DNA of 64,000 nt from Perkinsus olseni (Eukaryota), in NCBI GenBank assembly GCA_013115125.1, contig JABANN010000031.1, positions 1-64,000 on the forward strand, in the 5' to 3' direction. Positions 36,221-53,161 of this stretch are shown piece by piece. Under the pieces are notes generated by a model. It saw only the letters and a program-made list of their open reading frames with translations, was not told where the DNA came from and made no database searches. Made by a program: the position numbers and the translations under genes. The stretch's first letter is position 1; each line of letters begins with the position of its first letter.

Positions 36221-38870
36221 CTACCTTAAAGGGAATCCAGCAACGGTACCACACTTTCCCCGACTCGCACGGACTGCTTTCCTTCGAGCATCGCCCCCAC
36301 TCCCGTCAGCAGCGCAGTCTATTACACCAGGTAGCGACGCGACCTGAGCCGACAAGATGCCTAACCAAGAGTCGAGAGTCGAGCGGCCTCCTAGGAGCCC
36401 GATCGATACCAAATCATCCTCAACTCTCGGAGGTTGACTACGATTGCTCTCCGTCATTGATGACGTGCTGCGACCAATATATTGCTAGCAGGAACTGGAG
36501 CCCCAAACCAGATTCGTCCAGCACGAATGAAAACCCAGCGGTCCGATCGGAGTCCTACGCTTCTCCTCCGCGGCATCCGCTTCCGACTGCCATCCTTCTT
36601 GGCCCCCATCTCCTCACCATCCACCATTTCCTCGCCAAATCTGAAAGCACCGCGATATTCTACGACAATGCGCTTGCGATGCAAACGATGCCTTACCCTT
36701 GTTGTGGAGACCTCTTCGCTGACCGGGCCGCGCTGCTCTTCAGTTGAGCAGCGACCGTACCTGATCGGTGGTCGCTAGTCGGAGTAGCTCTACTGCCATC
36801 TAGTCACATCCCATTGAAAGCCTGTGAACCCGAAGAACAGACTGAGCCAAACCTTACTGGGTGTCGGTGGCTCAGAGTCGTCAGTGGAGCAAGCATCAGA
36901 GGACCGGCAACTTGGGGCATACCCATGTGCTCGACAGAGTTCATCGCGAACGCCCCAGATGCGTTCCGGTGCTTCCTGAGAGACACACAATACCGCATCC
37001 CATCCACAGACACAGTACGGCCGCCGGGAGCGTGCCGGATGCCACACCTCAAACGCCCATGCTGCTGAGAATTCGCACGAATTCAATCACGCCCGATACA
37101 GAGCGATCAAGTACCACGCGATTGCCAGCTGCTATTAGCCAGCCGCAGTAGGGCTACGCTTCCCCTCACGACACCCTACTCCCCACCATTACTACCCATT
37201 CCAAGAAATCATCGTTGTCTCGGGGAAGTGACAGAAGCTGTGCTCTCCCTCCTTCAGGAGCAGCGGCTGCTGCGGCCAGCAAGGGCTGATAATTGAGCTC
37301 AGCAAAATCGTACCTGCGTCACGAGGCGTACTACAAAACATGATGACCGATGTGTGCAATTGCAACAACTAAGAGTAACAACATTCTTCCAATCCCACTG
37401 CGTTTAGTTGTTACCCGACGGTACGGAACAAATGTGACGTGAATAAACGTGAATTCCGTGATGTTTTTCGGCAGTGGTAATAGGCCCGGAAACGACGAGT
37501 TAATAACGCTAAGCTAGCAGATGAGATCGGACAGCCACATGCGCGTTTCACGGCGTAGAGACGCGAAGCCTGATATTACGTAGCGGCTGCCACAATGTTT
37601 CCCGCCTCTCTAACCTCCTCCGGCCAGACCTCGGGGCTATCATCCAGAACCACGAACCATCTACGCAGTTTGCTGCTGCGGACTAGCCCGGATGCAGCGC
37701 CCGTAATAGAGAGTCTACCATCGCTCAGGGCTGCTGAGTCCTCGGCCGAAGCGTCTATGATCTGACCATGAACACCGTTCCAGCGTCAGCCTTCGCGACG
37801 TACTACTACAAAATCAGGGTCCTTCTCCACCGCCGTCATATTCGGTGGCTCGTCATCTCGTGACACCATCCGACCCTGAGCAGCACCCCTTGACGACTGA
37901 CCTCTCGCCCTTATCGACCAACCTTGATAAGCTCCCCAGAAGGGTCAAGCATTTGCGTGATGACCTCCATGTATCGCCTAGCTCCTTTAGTATATATCGA
38001 CACTACTACCTCGCTGTCGGTATTTGATACCTGAAAAAACGGAAATCATGAGAAACCGCATATATCAAACGCTGTAGTACCAGCTCCCTCAGGAACGCCC
38101 GAGCATGCGGACGAATCTTGGTCAGCACTTTTACGTCGCTAATTACGCAAAGATACAACTCCGGCAAGTCGAATCTGAGGCGAATGAAGCACATAGCCAG
38201 ATGACTGTGGAGGAGGGGCTGCACTACTCATCTCTGTAGACCTCTTGTAAAATGGGAGCCACATTCTCGGACTCCGACGGGCCTGCCTTCCTGATCTCAA
38301 AGCTGTTCACCAGAGTACGATCAAGATCCAGAATCACGTCGAGTCGGTGTCGCTGAGAGGTATTAGGCCGCCACATGCCTGCGCAGCCGAGAGCAGTCGA
38401 CTTGACGGCGGTCGGGAAGCGATAAGTACCTCTGCCGGTCACACTCGGGCAGCCTGTGGACGCCTCTGAGTCTGAAGTGACGTCCGTTGAAGCTGTCCTC
38501 CGTGACTCTGAGCGAGGCCTTCCTCGGTAGCCTGAAACGAAACTTTCGAATACCAGTGAGTGAGCAACATCGTAGGAGTTTCGGGATCAACTCGTAACCT
38601 ATTCTGAATCTTGCAATGTCAACCTCCAAGATACCCGCCACCACTACTACCTGCAAAACTGAACTCCGTTGAATCTTTCCGTTCATCATCGCTTTCCGCG
38701 TCCATTGAATGGCGCCCCTTGAGGCGCGAAGCGTTATAAACTCGCGTTATCGCCTGTGGGACCTTGAGCTCGTCGTGAGCGCAATCGACAAACGACGAGC
38801 CGAGTCCCTCCAACGACGATGGCTCTGTTGAGACCATTGCCCGGTCTCGAGACATGGCTTGCACTTTCAT
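36221..38870 (-). CDS. FCP1-like CTD phosphatase (NIF/HAD family), multi-exon; 3' end uncertain
   Basis: VILDLDRTLVNS (DxDxT), TKIRPHARAFL, SIYTKGARRY, VVLDDSPEVW. Confidence 0.8.
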
Positions 38871-39056
38871 TCGAATCGCCAATAATAAGCTTCGATGGTA
38901 TGTAACAATAGGCTGACTCGAGGACCGTTGAGGAAACGCAAGACTGAGCAAGATTTCAAGTTAAGCATTCACGACCGCACCTGATTAAACTATTTTTATC
39001 CACAAATGTCTAATATACAGAGTATTAAATCACTCAGTGTTTATTTTATTTAAGCC

Positions 39057-39827
39057 ATGGCGCCTTCCATTAAGACTAGTCAGCCCGTTGCGGAGTCGTT
39101 TTCTGGGCACGAAGAGATTGACAAGACAATAGAGCAGCTAGATGAGATACTCGACTCGACCAACGAGAAGGTCACTGGACCGGCGTATGGCGGCCCGACC
39201 CAACTGCTGCCGACTCTCTTTTTGGGTAGGAGATTCTACGCACCCATCAATTTTCTCGAGTCATCGTCGTGAACCTATTGTTACATTGCGTGAAACGGTC
39301 GATCGATTTGGTATCCATATAGAATAACGTGCAGATCAATCGACATTTAGGTAACGAAATGCAAGCTCGGAATACTGCTCGACTGCGAGCTTTGGGCATA
39401 ACCCACATCGTCAACGTGGCCAGTGGTTACATCACCACCAGCCAGGAGTACTACGGCCGCAGCTTCAACTACCTGGGCATCCCCTGTGAGGACACAGAAG
39501 AGTTCGATATCATAACAGCATTCGAAAAGTGCAAAGAGCATTACTACGACGCTAAGAATAAAGGCGGCGCGGCACTTGTACACTGCATCATGGGAATCAA
39601 CAGGAGCGGGTAAGCCACCGGCCGTCACTCCCTCTAGCCCATCTGAAATTTCCTGCAGGTTCTGCGCTGTTGCACTGGTAGCGTTGGAGATGGACGTTGA
39701 CATTTTGCAAGCTGCGGCGTATGTTCATGAGCGTCGAGCGAATCTTTTGTCTAACCATGGCTTTCGTAGACAGCTTGTGCTATGGGCAGCAAAAGAAGGA
39801 AAGCTGCCTCAATGGTGCGTTGTGTAG
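39057..39827 (+). CDS. Dual-specificity protein phosphatase (3 exons)
   Basis: PTQLLPTLFLG, LRALGITHIVNVA, active-site loop VHCIMGINRS, R…NHGFRRQL. Confidence 0.92.
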
Positions 39828-40384
39828 AAAATTTGTAATTTATATAACTTGTAATTTGCAATTGTATGTATCTTGGTGTTCGTGTGAATATTTTCTAATT
39901 TTAACTTCAAACTTCTCTGGTAACTTGCTATCGCTCGGGTGCTGCGTTCAAAGTACACCATTTCCCGTGCAAGTTCGACGAGTTAACTGGCAAGAATGAC
40001 AATGTCACGAGCAAGTCTGATGTGATGTCACGAGCATGTACGGTGACTCACCGTCGGTGAGTACTCTTTCCCTCCCGCTTTTAGACAGTAAATGAGTGTG
40101 GTTGCTCGAGCCGAATGAGCTAATCTGTTTGAGTCGGGCCTCTCATCGACGCGCTGTCAAACTTGGATGTGCACTTGTCAATGTTGCCCGTGTATTGTCA
40201 AACTTGGCTGCGAAATTTTCGCCATTGTCAAGCTTGGACTCAAAATTGTGCATTCTTGCCTGCTCATTTATTAAACATGCACGGAAAATGGTCTACAGTA
40301 ACCGCCCTCTTCCGAGCGTCCACGTCCCTAACGCATGGACGGACTGGCTCCTGAACGCGACTACTACTCGATACAAGAAAGTAA

Positions 40385-41938
40385 TCAAGTTCCACTCCAG
40401 AACGCCGCAGAGGCTTTCCTCACGGCCATGGACAGCTTGATCGTCTCTTCCGACATACGCTTCAGATCTCCGTATGTCAGCGACGTCATAATCTCAGCAA
40501 GCTCATCGACTGCGTTCCAGAACATCCACGGTGACTTTTCTAGGGAGAATCTCTCAGGAATGGTGGTGATGTCGCTGAGAAGCATAGCCTCGGCTACAGT
40601 GATATCCTCAAGGAACGGGGAGGTGGCATTGAATGGCCTTCTAGCAATCCTCTCGGCGTAGGCCTGCTCTATAGTCCCGTACGGAACGCTGCGTTGTCTA
40701 GCCGTGGCAAAGGCCGGCCCAGAAATCAACATTGGTATTCCCAAGTGAAGTGTCTCCGCAAAAGTGTACATGGTGACGTCATTGAGGGCGAGTACAACCG
40801 CAGCGTACTGTGTCCAGCTCTCGAAGGTGGACTCTTCGGGCGTCAACTCATTGCCGTAGACGAGACGAACGCCCGTATCAAGGAGGATGGCCTCTAAGAC
40901 GTTCAAGAAGATCTGCCCAGACGGTCTCGCCCAGAATCGACCGCGATGAAGGAGCACCGTCTTCGCACGCCCACCAGGTGGCGACCACACAACGCCCTCA
41001 GGGAGGTACCAAGCAGCCCGATGCACGACAGGAATCGGTACAGCACCGAGGAGGTCCGTCTGCCAGGCGTACTGCACCGCTGTGAGGTCGTAGTCAGTGA
41101 TTAGTCTACCATCGATGACCAGTTGTCGTCCAAACGCCAGTATAGCCAGTCGTAACGGCTTTGCCGAAGGGACCGTTCCCCAAAGCAGAGCAGCACAGGT
41201 GTGGACGTGCAAGGTCGCATTCGGCGGATGCAGTATACTGAGGATGTAGCACAGAGGAAGCGGACCGGTACATATCCAAAAGTCGCTTCCCGGGTCTTCA
41301 AATACACTATAAGCTTTCTCAAGTACTCCCTCGAGAGACCACTCACGCTCATGCAGAGTTTCCGGTTCGAACATCTCCATGAGTATCTCGCCGACCCAGT
41401 CATGGTCGGGCGCGGTCGGCATCATCATCCTCTTGAACTCGCAAGCATGGTTCTGATCCTTATGCAGACACGGGTGTCCCAAATACCGCATTTTGACCCC
41501 GGGAAAACACTTTTGGTAAGCACTGCCCACTTCTAGCGAGGACGCTACATGCAAGCCCATGACGGCAACAGCGGTCTGTGGTCGTACTCGAGGAGACCCC
41601 CTCCCGTAAGATTGTCTTGTTTTCAGCAGCCTTAGATCACGCGGCATCGGTCCTGACGGCCAGGAGAAATCCAGCGGCCGCTCCGGGCCACCATAAAACT
41701 CGTTCGGAAAGTGTTCGGCCATTCTGAGACACCCGATGGCGTTCGGAGGGTGCGCGTAAGCAGTGTAATTGAGCAGCCCCGCGAACCACTCCTGAGCATC
41801 CGAGAGTGGCGGGTCGTTTGGTCCGAAAATCTTAATGTCACAGCTGATGTATCTGCGGAATCTTTGAAGTGCGCTATCCGCGTCGACAACAGTCGCGATC
41901 AGCTGGAGGAGGATCAGTATGTTCGTCATACTGAGCAT
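40385..41938 (-). CDS. Apparently intronless secreted hypothetical protein, possibly glycosyltransferase-like
   Basis: Single 536-aa ORF. Signal-peptide-like start MLSMTNILILLQLIATVVDA; C-terminal TFAETLHLGIPMLI resembles a GT-B fold motif. Confidence 0.6.
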   Translation of the reverse strand: MLSMTNILILLQLIATVVDADSALQRFRRYISCDIKIFGPNDPPLSDAQEWFAGLLNYTAYAHPPNAIGCLRMAEHFPNEFYGGPERPLDFSWPSGPMPRDLRLLKTRQSYGRGSPRVRPQTAVAVMGLHVASSLEVGSAYQKCFPGVKMRYLGHPCLHKDQNHACEFKRMMMPTAPDHDWVGEILMEMFEPETLHEREWSLEGVLEKAYSVFEDPGSDFWICTGPLPLCYILSILHPPNATLHVHTCAALLWGTVPSAKPLRLAILAFGRQLVIDGRLITDYDLTAVQYAWQTDLLGAVPIPVVHRAAWYLPEGVVWSPPGGRAKTVLLHRGRFWARPSGQIFLNVLEAILLDTGVRLVYGNELTPEESTFESWTQYAAVVLALNDVTMYTFAETLHLGIPMLISGPAFATARQRSVPYGTIEQAYAERIARRPFNATSPFLEDITVAEAMLLSDITTIPERFSLEKSPWMFWNAVDELAEIMTSLTYGDLKRMSEETIKLSMAVRKASAAFWSGT

Positions 41939-42208
41939 TCGATAGAACAGTAGTGAGCCCTTCACGAAGGGCCATTCACTAGCCAAACACAACACAGACA
42001 GTGCTCTGGAATGAAAGCTAGAAAGGCTAAACGCGGCAGACCAAGTGTACAGGGGTGCTATTCCAGCAGTTTAGACGATGTTTACAATGGAGTACCCCGT
42101 GCTGTTGGCTCAGGATACTCCATCATCTACTCTAAGACACGACGTGTCCGACGCATTCACACAGCGACATCTAGTCACTGTAGTGGAACGACGACAAAAA
42201 ATTATACG

Positions 42209-44314
42209 TTAACGTCTAATATCGAAACAATCACAGGCCGAACTGGCCGAGGGCCATTGAGGAGGGCAATCTGGTGCATTGAGAGTCAGCAAAGCTTCAG
42301 TCGCTACATCAGCGTCGAGTTCATCTACCGGAACACCGAGCTGTGCAGCCTTGCTGGCCAAGAGTTCCTCGGCCACAGCTTCGACTTGACCCTGCTTTTC
42401 TCTATGACATGAAGCGTCGAATGCCTTATGATCCTTGTTGGCTACTTCCTCAAAGAGATCGTGATCAAGGCGGCACTTCACTGGTTTCTCCCGGTAGACG
42501 CAACCCTCGCCACGACGCCACATAGGGACCAGGCCAAAGTAGTCCGGCCATGTACACCAGTCGCACCACTGGTCATACTCCTCGTGGTCTCCGGCATTGA
42601 GTTGACCTTCAACCTCGAGACACAGCTCGGGGCGTTTCAAACAGTAGTCCACCATTGGCTGTGACGAAGGCCCGAATCCGTCCTCTACCGGTCGAGGAAG
42701 TAGCGAACCCTCGTGAACCTTCGCAACAGCCTTCTTTAATAGTGACAGAATGGGCTCTTTACGAAGGCGCCCAAATACATTCCACAACTTCCGTGGATAA
42801 TAGAAGACGTTTAGGTAAGCGGCACCTACAGCGAACTGAACGTCCTGATACCCAGCCAAAAATCGTTCAGGATCGCCCATACTGATGAACTCCCCTAAAT
42901 TGATAACCACCCCTCCCGGACGAAGGAGATGGGCCCTGGTCATGCCAGTGCCAACGCTACTGACATAGACGTCAGACTGAGAGAATAATCTCAATTGCTC
43001 TCGGAAAGAGTACTGGTCCCATCGCATGAACGAAATCGTACAGTTCAGAGACGCTGATGAGTTGATCGCGATTTCCTCGAGCATTCTTCGGTCCTCTTCG
43101 GTGAACCTCTTGTTGTCAACAATGACCCCTCGACAACCCTCCGACCCATCTGGTCGGTCAGAGAAATGTGGGCTGTCCAGTTTGTACTGAGTCAGCAGCC
43201 GACCGGAGAACATATACAGGGCGTTCTCGAAAGTGTACGAGCCAGGCAAGGTAGTGTCAGTCTTGAAACTTCGATGAGCCATCCGCCTCGACCCAACAAC
43301 GAACTTTTCGAATCGGTACACCGAGCTACGAAGCTCGTTAAGCCTGCTGTAGTGACCACCACCGAAGATTGGGAACAGTTCGTCAGCAAGGTAGCGCCGG
43401 CCTCCCCGGGGGTCTTCAAATCTAACAACTAGGTTGAATGGTAGATCGCCGTAACCGAAGCGGATTAGCGACACATAAATAGGATAGAGACCGTCGTAGA
43501 GCAGATGACCATGGTTATGAGGGTACAGTGAGAAGCCATAACCAGTGACACCAGCCATAACGGTGAGTGGCCGAGAAGACCACGAGTACCGCAGCCAGTC
43601 TTGGGCTTCCAGGGAGGTGGAAAAGTACAGCACTCTGGGCATGAACGTCTCCCCTTTGAAATAGTCGGAGCAATTCGACATAAGCCGGCGGATCCCGCCA
43701 ATATCGCCCTTCATGCCATCGACCGCAGAGGCTACCAGTTCGGCCTGGCCGACGTCATCAAGGCTTACAGGTTTCTGCTTGTACGACACGGACCTCACCC
43801 GACCAGTCAGCCTCGTCCTCGACGGCAAGAGGATGACGAATCGCTCTTCAGATGCAAAATAATACATATTCTCGACCAGACAGGTTCTGTTCAGTCGGTG
43901 AGCAGTGCACTGTATCCTGGACCACAAATCTTTCTCCTCAACCGGCACCTCAGGAAAAAGGAAGTCGACCGTAGCAGGTCGAGCGTTGCTACGATCGACA
44001 AGGGCATGACCCCAATCAGGCACCCGGAACAGCGGGGCTGATGGATCAGCAGTGACCTCCGCCTCTTGGGAAATTGGCTGGTGCGAGGACTGCAGGTGTA
44101 AGCGCAGTATATCTCTGTGAATACCGTGCGACAGACTCGGCTGGAGGGCCTCCAACACTGTGGTGGTAATCAGCGAGAAGAGGAACAACGCCGACAGCAG
44201 AAGATATTTCCGATCAGCCCCAGCCTTCTGGACCGGGCATTCCGGACATGGTCCTCGAGACTTCTCCATACAAAGAGGAAACGCTACAGCGACAGCAGAA
44301 GTAACCGAGGCCAT
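42209..44314 (-). CDS. Apparently intronless GT61/DUF563-like glycosyltransferase, type II membrane protein
   Basis: Single 724-aa ORF with TM anchor YLLLSALFLFSLI, NHGHLLYDGLYP and SFREQLRLFSQSDVYVSSVGTGMTRAHLLRPGGVVINL. Confidence 0.78.
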   Translation of the reverse strand: MASVTSAVAVAFPLCMEKSRGPCPECPVQKAGADRKYLLLSALFLFSLITTTVLEALQPSLSHGIHRDILRLHLQSSHQPISQEAEVTADPSAPLFRVPDWGHALVDRSNARPATVDFLFPEVPVEEKDLWSRIQCTAHRLNRTCLVENMYYFASEERFVILLPSRTRLTGRVRSVSYKQKPVSLDDVGQAELVASAVDGMKGDIGGIRRLMSNCSDYFKGETFMPRVLYFSTSLEAQDWLRYSWSSRPLTVMAGVTGYGFSLYPHNHGHLLYDGLYPIYVSLIRFGYGDLPFNLVVRFEDPRGGRRYLADELFPIFGGGHYSRLNELRSSVYRFEKFVVGSRRMAHRSFKTDTTLPGSYTFENALYMFSGRLLTQYKLDSPHFSDRPDGSEGCRGVIVDNKRFTEEDRRMLEEIAINSSASLNCTISFMRWDQYSFREQLRLFSQSDVYVSSVGTGMTRAHLLRPGGVVINLGEFISMGDPERFLAGYQDVQFAVGAAYLNVFYYPRKLWNVFGRLRKEPILSLLKKAVAKVHEGSLLPRPVEDGFGPSSQPMVDYCLKRPELCLEVEGQLNAGDHEEYDQWCDWCTWPDYFGLVPMWRRGEGCVYREKPVKCRLDHDLFEEVANKDHKAFDASCHREKQGQVEAVAEELLASKAAQLGVPVDELDADVATEALLTLNAPDCPPQWPSASSACDCFDIRR

Positions 44315-44429
44315 TGGGGAATGAATACTCGAACACAACAACGCCGCTGGAACGTGAACAACCGGAGCATGGTGCAAAAGCACGATAAATTTAGCGATGA
44401 GAAATAACAGTAGGATCGATCCTGACGAA

Positions 44430-46770
44430 CGGAGTAAATCACGAGTCGAGCGATTGACATCTCAGGGGCGGATATAGTCGGCAGACAGCTGGGCAAGAGG
44501 CCTCAATCGCTCTCCTTCTCTCCTTCGCCAGGCAAAACCTCGAATACTTCGTCACTGCTGCTGCTCGTCGTACTGCCGGACTCCTGTCCACCGACCTCGG
44601 AGGCTCGAACCAGACTCAGAGACGATTCGCCGATCTTCCGCCGCACAGCCTGACCCGGCTGCTTACTCCAGTGCCGCGATCGATCGTAATGGACCTGCCG
44701 CTAAGTGAACAGCGACCTCCGGGAGACCCAGATTTCAGACCACGACGCTGCATCTCGAGAGCTCCAGTCAAAAACCGGCAGTCCATAACATTCTCACCTT
44801 CATAGCCAGGTCCCTGAGGAGCCTACGACGAAAATACGACTTAGTCTGCGTAAGGCTATAGGCCCTCTTTAGCGCATCACAGTCACCTAAGTAGAAGACC
44901 CAACCGTCTCGAACAGAGACGGAGGGCGATCAGGGCCCACCTAGCGAGGAGGCTCCTTGACCTATAGAGATCTGATTCACGCGTGCTACCTTCCGCAACG
45001 CTTCGATGTACCTGTCGAGACGCCTTGGTCCCCTTCGAGGCAGGATCAGCATCTGACTCACTTCTTGGTCCTGTCGATAGTGCCTAGGAACTGAGGCAGC
45101 CTAATGGCATGTCTGCGGGCACAGAAGCGGACCCTGTGGAGGTCCTTCCGGGACAACAGCCCACAGTAGAGCAGCACGAAGTCTATCGACTCCAAGTGCC
45201 TCAGGATGTCCACTGCACCGAGGAAGTACCTGCGATACCGCTTACGATTCAGGCGAGGAGTGGTATCGCGGCAATACACAGAATAGCGTCATACCAAGCA
45301 TCCCCCACTCACGCTTGGTCCAAGGTACATGCTCCGACAGGCACGCCAGTGTCACGGATGCCCCTCTTCACTCGACCTGACCACCATCATGACCAACACC
45401 ACCGCTAGCACTACCCCTACTGCACAGCTTGAAGCGCCTGACCGGGTCCTGAACGTAGCGCTCCAACAGTTCGAACAGCTGGACGAAACTCCGGTTCTGG
45501 CCCTGTACCGTGGCCCAATACCGTAGCGCCGGCGACCAGAGGAATACTAAAGCGAAACTGACAGACCCCCGACGCACTGGCGGGTGCGTACACTCAGCGC
45601 TGTTAGGCCTCTTCTCCGACTGCACGAGGGCGTTGAGAGTAGCCAGTCCTTCCTCAGTAGCGAAGTGGTTTGCAAGCTTGATACGCCGGCCCTTATCGCC
45701 AGCCAGACAGCGATCTGCTCTCCATGGCTGAACGCGTGACGTCAGCATTGCAGGCGCTGCTGCTGCTGCTGGTAGCTACTTGAAGGTCATTATTGAGCAT
45801 CCTGAGCAGATGGGTCCCTATCTCGTGAGCACAGAGTCCCGGTATCATCCCCGCTGGCACTGGTGTATCTGGCAACGATAGGCCTGAAGAATAGTAGTGA
45901 CGAGGCTACTCACCAGTGAGGTGCAACACATGCTTGTCGGGCGGTGTCTTCACGACATTGGCGATGCTGAGCAGCTTACTGGAGGTCTTAATGGTGACCA
46001 CTCCTAGCAGGCCCAACCCTGCCAGATACCTGACCACAGCGAAATCGTGTCCGCAGCCAGTCCACGTCCCTACTCTTCCATTTGACTCCGTAGCTCCGTG
46101 CCTTCCACTTTCTCACTCCCGAAGGCAGTTTCCAGATATGCGTCACTAGAGCCGAATTGCTCCAGTACCCGATCCAGAATGCCTGCGTTGAAGCCGTCGC
46201 AGCAGCCGGCGATGCCCAAGGGCCCTACGCTGGGCTTCTTCGAGAAGGGAGCAATCCACAGTACTGTGCCGCTCGAACACGTCGTCTGGATCTCCGTCGT
46301 ATTCAAATACCGGATTCTTGCTGCAACGCGACTCGAAGAACTCCGCCATAGTGTCGTTCAGATTGCGAGGCTTCATTCGCAGTATCTACAGGACAGAGCT
46401 CGCCTCAAGTAGTCTGAGTATGATAATTTTCGGACTACCACGCTCGGACGAGAACGGAAGACTCTCCGCCTGGGTTTGTCCGCGCCATTAGTCAGCAAAC
46501 TGGAGGCCAGACCATCACGAGCTGCTGTTCGCTCTTTGCTTCTGGCGCGAGTGTGAGACCCCGGGAAGCAAGAGACCGTGCACGACAAGGAGCGACGCCT
46601 GCGACGAACCAGGGATATCAAGTTCTGCGCAGACCCAGCGTCAGAGAGCGCAAGATCCGAAGGCGGAAGCGTTCTGGCCGTGGAAGGTACTACCTAGCGG
46701 CCTTAGCGAAGGGCCGGTCTCCTGGTATGCCTCGTCGGGAGGTGACATCCGTGACATTGGACATGACAAA
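44430..46770 (-). CDS. MATCAP/KIAA0895-family (DUF1704) tubulin tyrosine carboxypeptidase-like metallopeptidase; ends approximate
   Basis: HEIGTHLLRMLN, TEEGLATLN, LWSPALRY, SFVQLFELLERYVQDP, RVKRG, DQAYFLGA. Confidence 0.85.
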
Positions 46771-47344
46771 CACATAGGCTGAACCACAATAATAACGATA
46801 AGACCGCCCTGTAAGCGCGCAATGCTATGTGATCTTAGCAGACCCACGCAGCGCAGCCGCTGCATACTGGGAGACTTGGCCCGTCAGCCGTCTCTGCTTG
46901 CAACGGAAACAACAGGTTCGAAAGTCCCCTGGACTGAGGGGACAGCAGAGGGATGTCATAGTGAGCTCGATGAAGTACACCCGAAAGGCTTCACTCAGCG
47001 GCCCGGCAGGCACATGCGCGTCACGCTGCGTTGACACGAGGATTTTACGGGCGAGCGAGATAATCAATCCTGTAGGGTGTCTCGCTGAAGCTCACAGTGT
47101 GATGGTTGTGACTCACAACTTGTGAGCATGCCCTCCGAGCTTGCAGATGAAACTCGCTGTAGAGAGATTCGGAAGCGACGGGATGCCAGAAACCGTTGAG
47201 ATACTGTACGTTACACCCCGTTCGTGCAGCACCTTTACTAACCAGCAGCTTGGCGCAGTGGATAGCGTGTTGGGCTCATAACCCAAAGGTCCCTTGATCG
47301 AAACAAGGAGCTGCTATTTTTTCATCACTGAATTACGATATATA

Positions 47345-48711
47345 TCAGAACACAACATCCCCCATAAACAATATGAGCTTATCATGAACTCTCGATAGCT
47401 TCATTGTCTTGTCCCAATCTTGTTCTACATTGCATCCCCGGACGGGAAGCCCGGATAGCCACCGTAGTAGAGCTGTTGGTTCGGCGTTGCCATCGGCATC
47501 CAATGTGGATGCGGACTTGGACCTGCGGACGTAGAGAGCGTTGTCCAGCATGTGCTTGGTCGGGAGCCGGCCAAGCCTACCGAAGGGTGGTTGCGATGCT
47601 GTCCTGCTGACATGGGAATCTGTTGCTGACCTAAAATTCTCGAAGCGGTCACCGAAATATCGACATTCTCGCTACCGTTCCCTTTGCCCAGACAAATACA
47701 TGGCCACGAACTCGGCCTGAGCCTCGAGATTGGGTCGTGCCCGAATCAATTGGTGCAGTACTTCAGCACAGTCCTGCGAACCTGACCACGCAGGGTCTCG
47801 CTGCAAGGTTCTACGACCAACTCCCGCACTGGCAACCAGTTTGATGGCGAGCTGCACGTCGTTCTTGCTGAGTTTCCCCTCATCCAGCATCCGACCCAGC
47901 GAAGCGAACACAGTCGCTGGCACGACAAAGGACATGAAGGTTTGCGTCGATCTCGCGGGCTACCTCGGACGCTGGGCTCCTCTCGACGAGATTCCTCGAT
48001 ACCCGGTGGAGTTCCCCTCCCTCCTCCTATCAACATGCCATTGGCCGTTGGCATGCCTCTAGCTTCTGACATGAGAACTCTCGCCGAAACTTCAACCCGG
48101 TGATGCTACTCGGTAACGGGCCAGGAGTAGGGGTGAACCGCGGCAGTGTATGCAGGCCAGGCGCTCGAGGCAGGGCACTCGGTACACGGGAGGCTGAACA
48201 ACCACATCCCCTTCAGGGCCTTTGGGTCGGTCGATCACCACGAGCCGTTGAGCTAGGGTCTAGGTCAGGTCTCACCTTCTTCTCGCCTCAGGGGAGGGCT
48301 GCAACTCGCCGGAGGCGGCGAGGGATACTCAGACACACTCGTGTCGAACTGGATGTTGTAACCGCGATGACTGGACGGCGAGGGTTCACTCGGCTGCTGC
48401 TGATGAGCGAGCTTCCCTGCATCCTGCAACAGCTTGGGCGGTGCCGAATAAATACCCAGGGGTACGCAGGGAGTCGTGGCAGACTGAGATGGTCCACCTC
48501 ACTGCGGCACGAAGGAGGCTGCCGCTCTTACCAAGCGCGCTCCGACAACGGAATCCGCGTTATCAGTATTAAACCGAGTGTCATGCCCTTCGGTCGGAGA
48601 CTCGGGATGGCCTTCCGAGTCGCCACCGACTGTGCTGATCTCCTCCGGTATAAGGGCGGCTAGAGGCAGGCTCATAAGGCTCGAACCCAGCGGGAGAATC
48701 CACCATACCAA
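47345..48711 (-). CDS. Hypothetical multi-exon protein
   Basis: Co-oriented protein-like exons, e.g. SFVVPATVFASLGRMLDEGKLSKNDVQLAIKLV. Confidence 0.4.
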
Positions 48712-48953
48712 CTTCTGACTTACTCAACGCAAGTGAGGCATACTCCTCATGTCCCGATGCATAATGTATTTATTTATGTACCAGGCTGATGATGATGAGG
48801 CATGCATGATCTTTTCAATGCTTCACTTACGAACGTCAAGCACACCGACACGGCCGACAACGACCGCAATGAAGTGTGACAGGTAGCAGCAGCCAAAGGA
48901 CAAAGGCAAGCTGGAGAGTCGTTGAATGCGAGTCAAAGCTAGAGCCAGCAGCG

Positions 48954-53161
<4,208 letters not shown>

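Noticed and set aside
41940-42000. TTTGGCTAG upstream of the intronless gene as an SL relic
   Set aside because: Match is only about 7 nt, too short to distinguish from chance.
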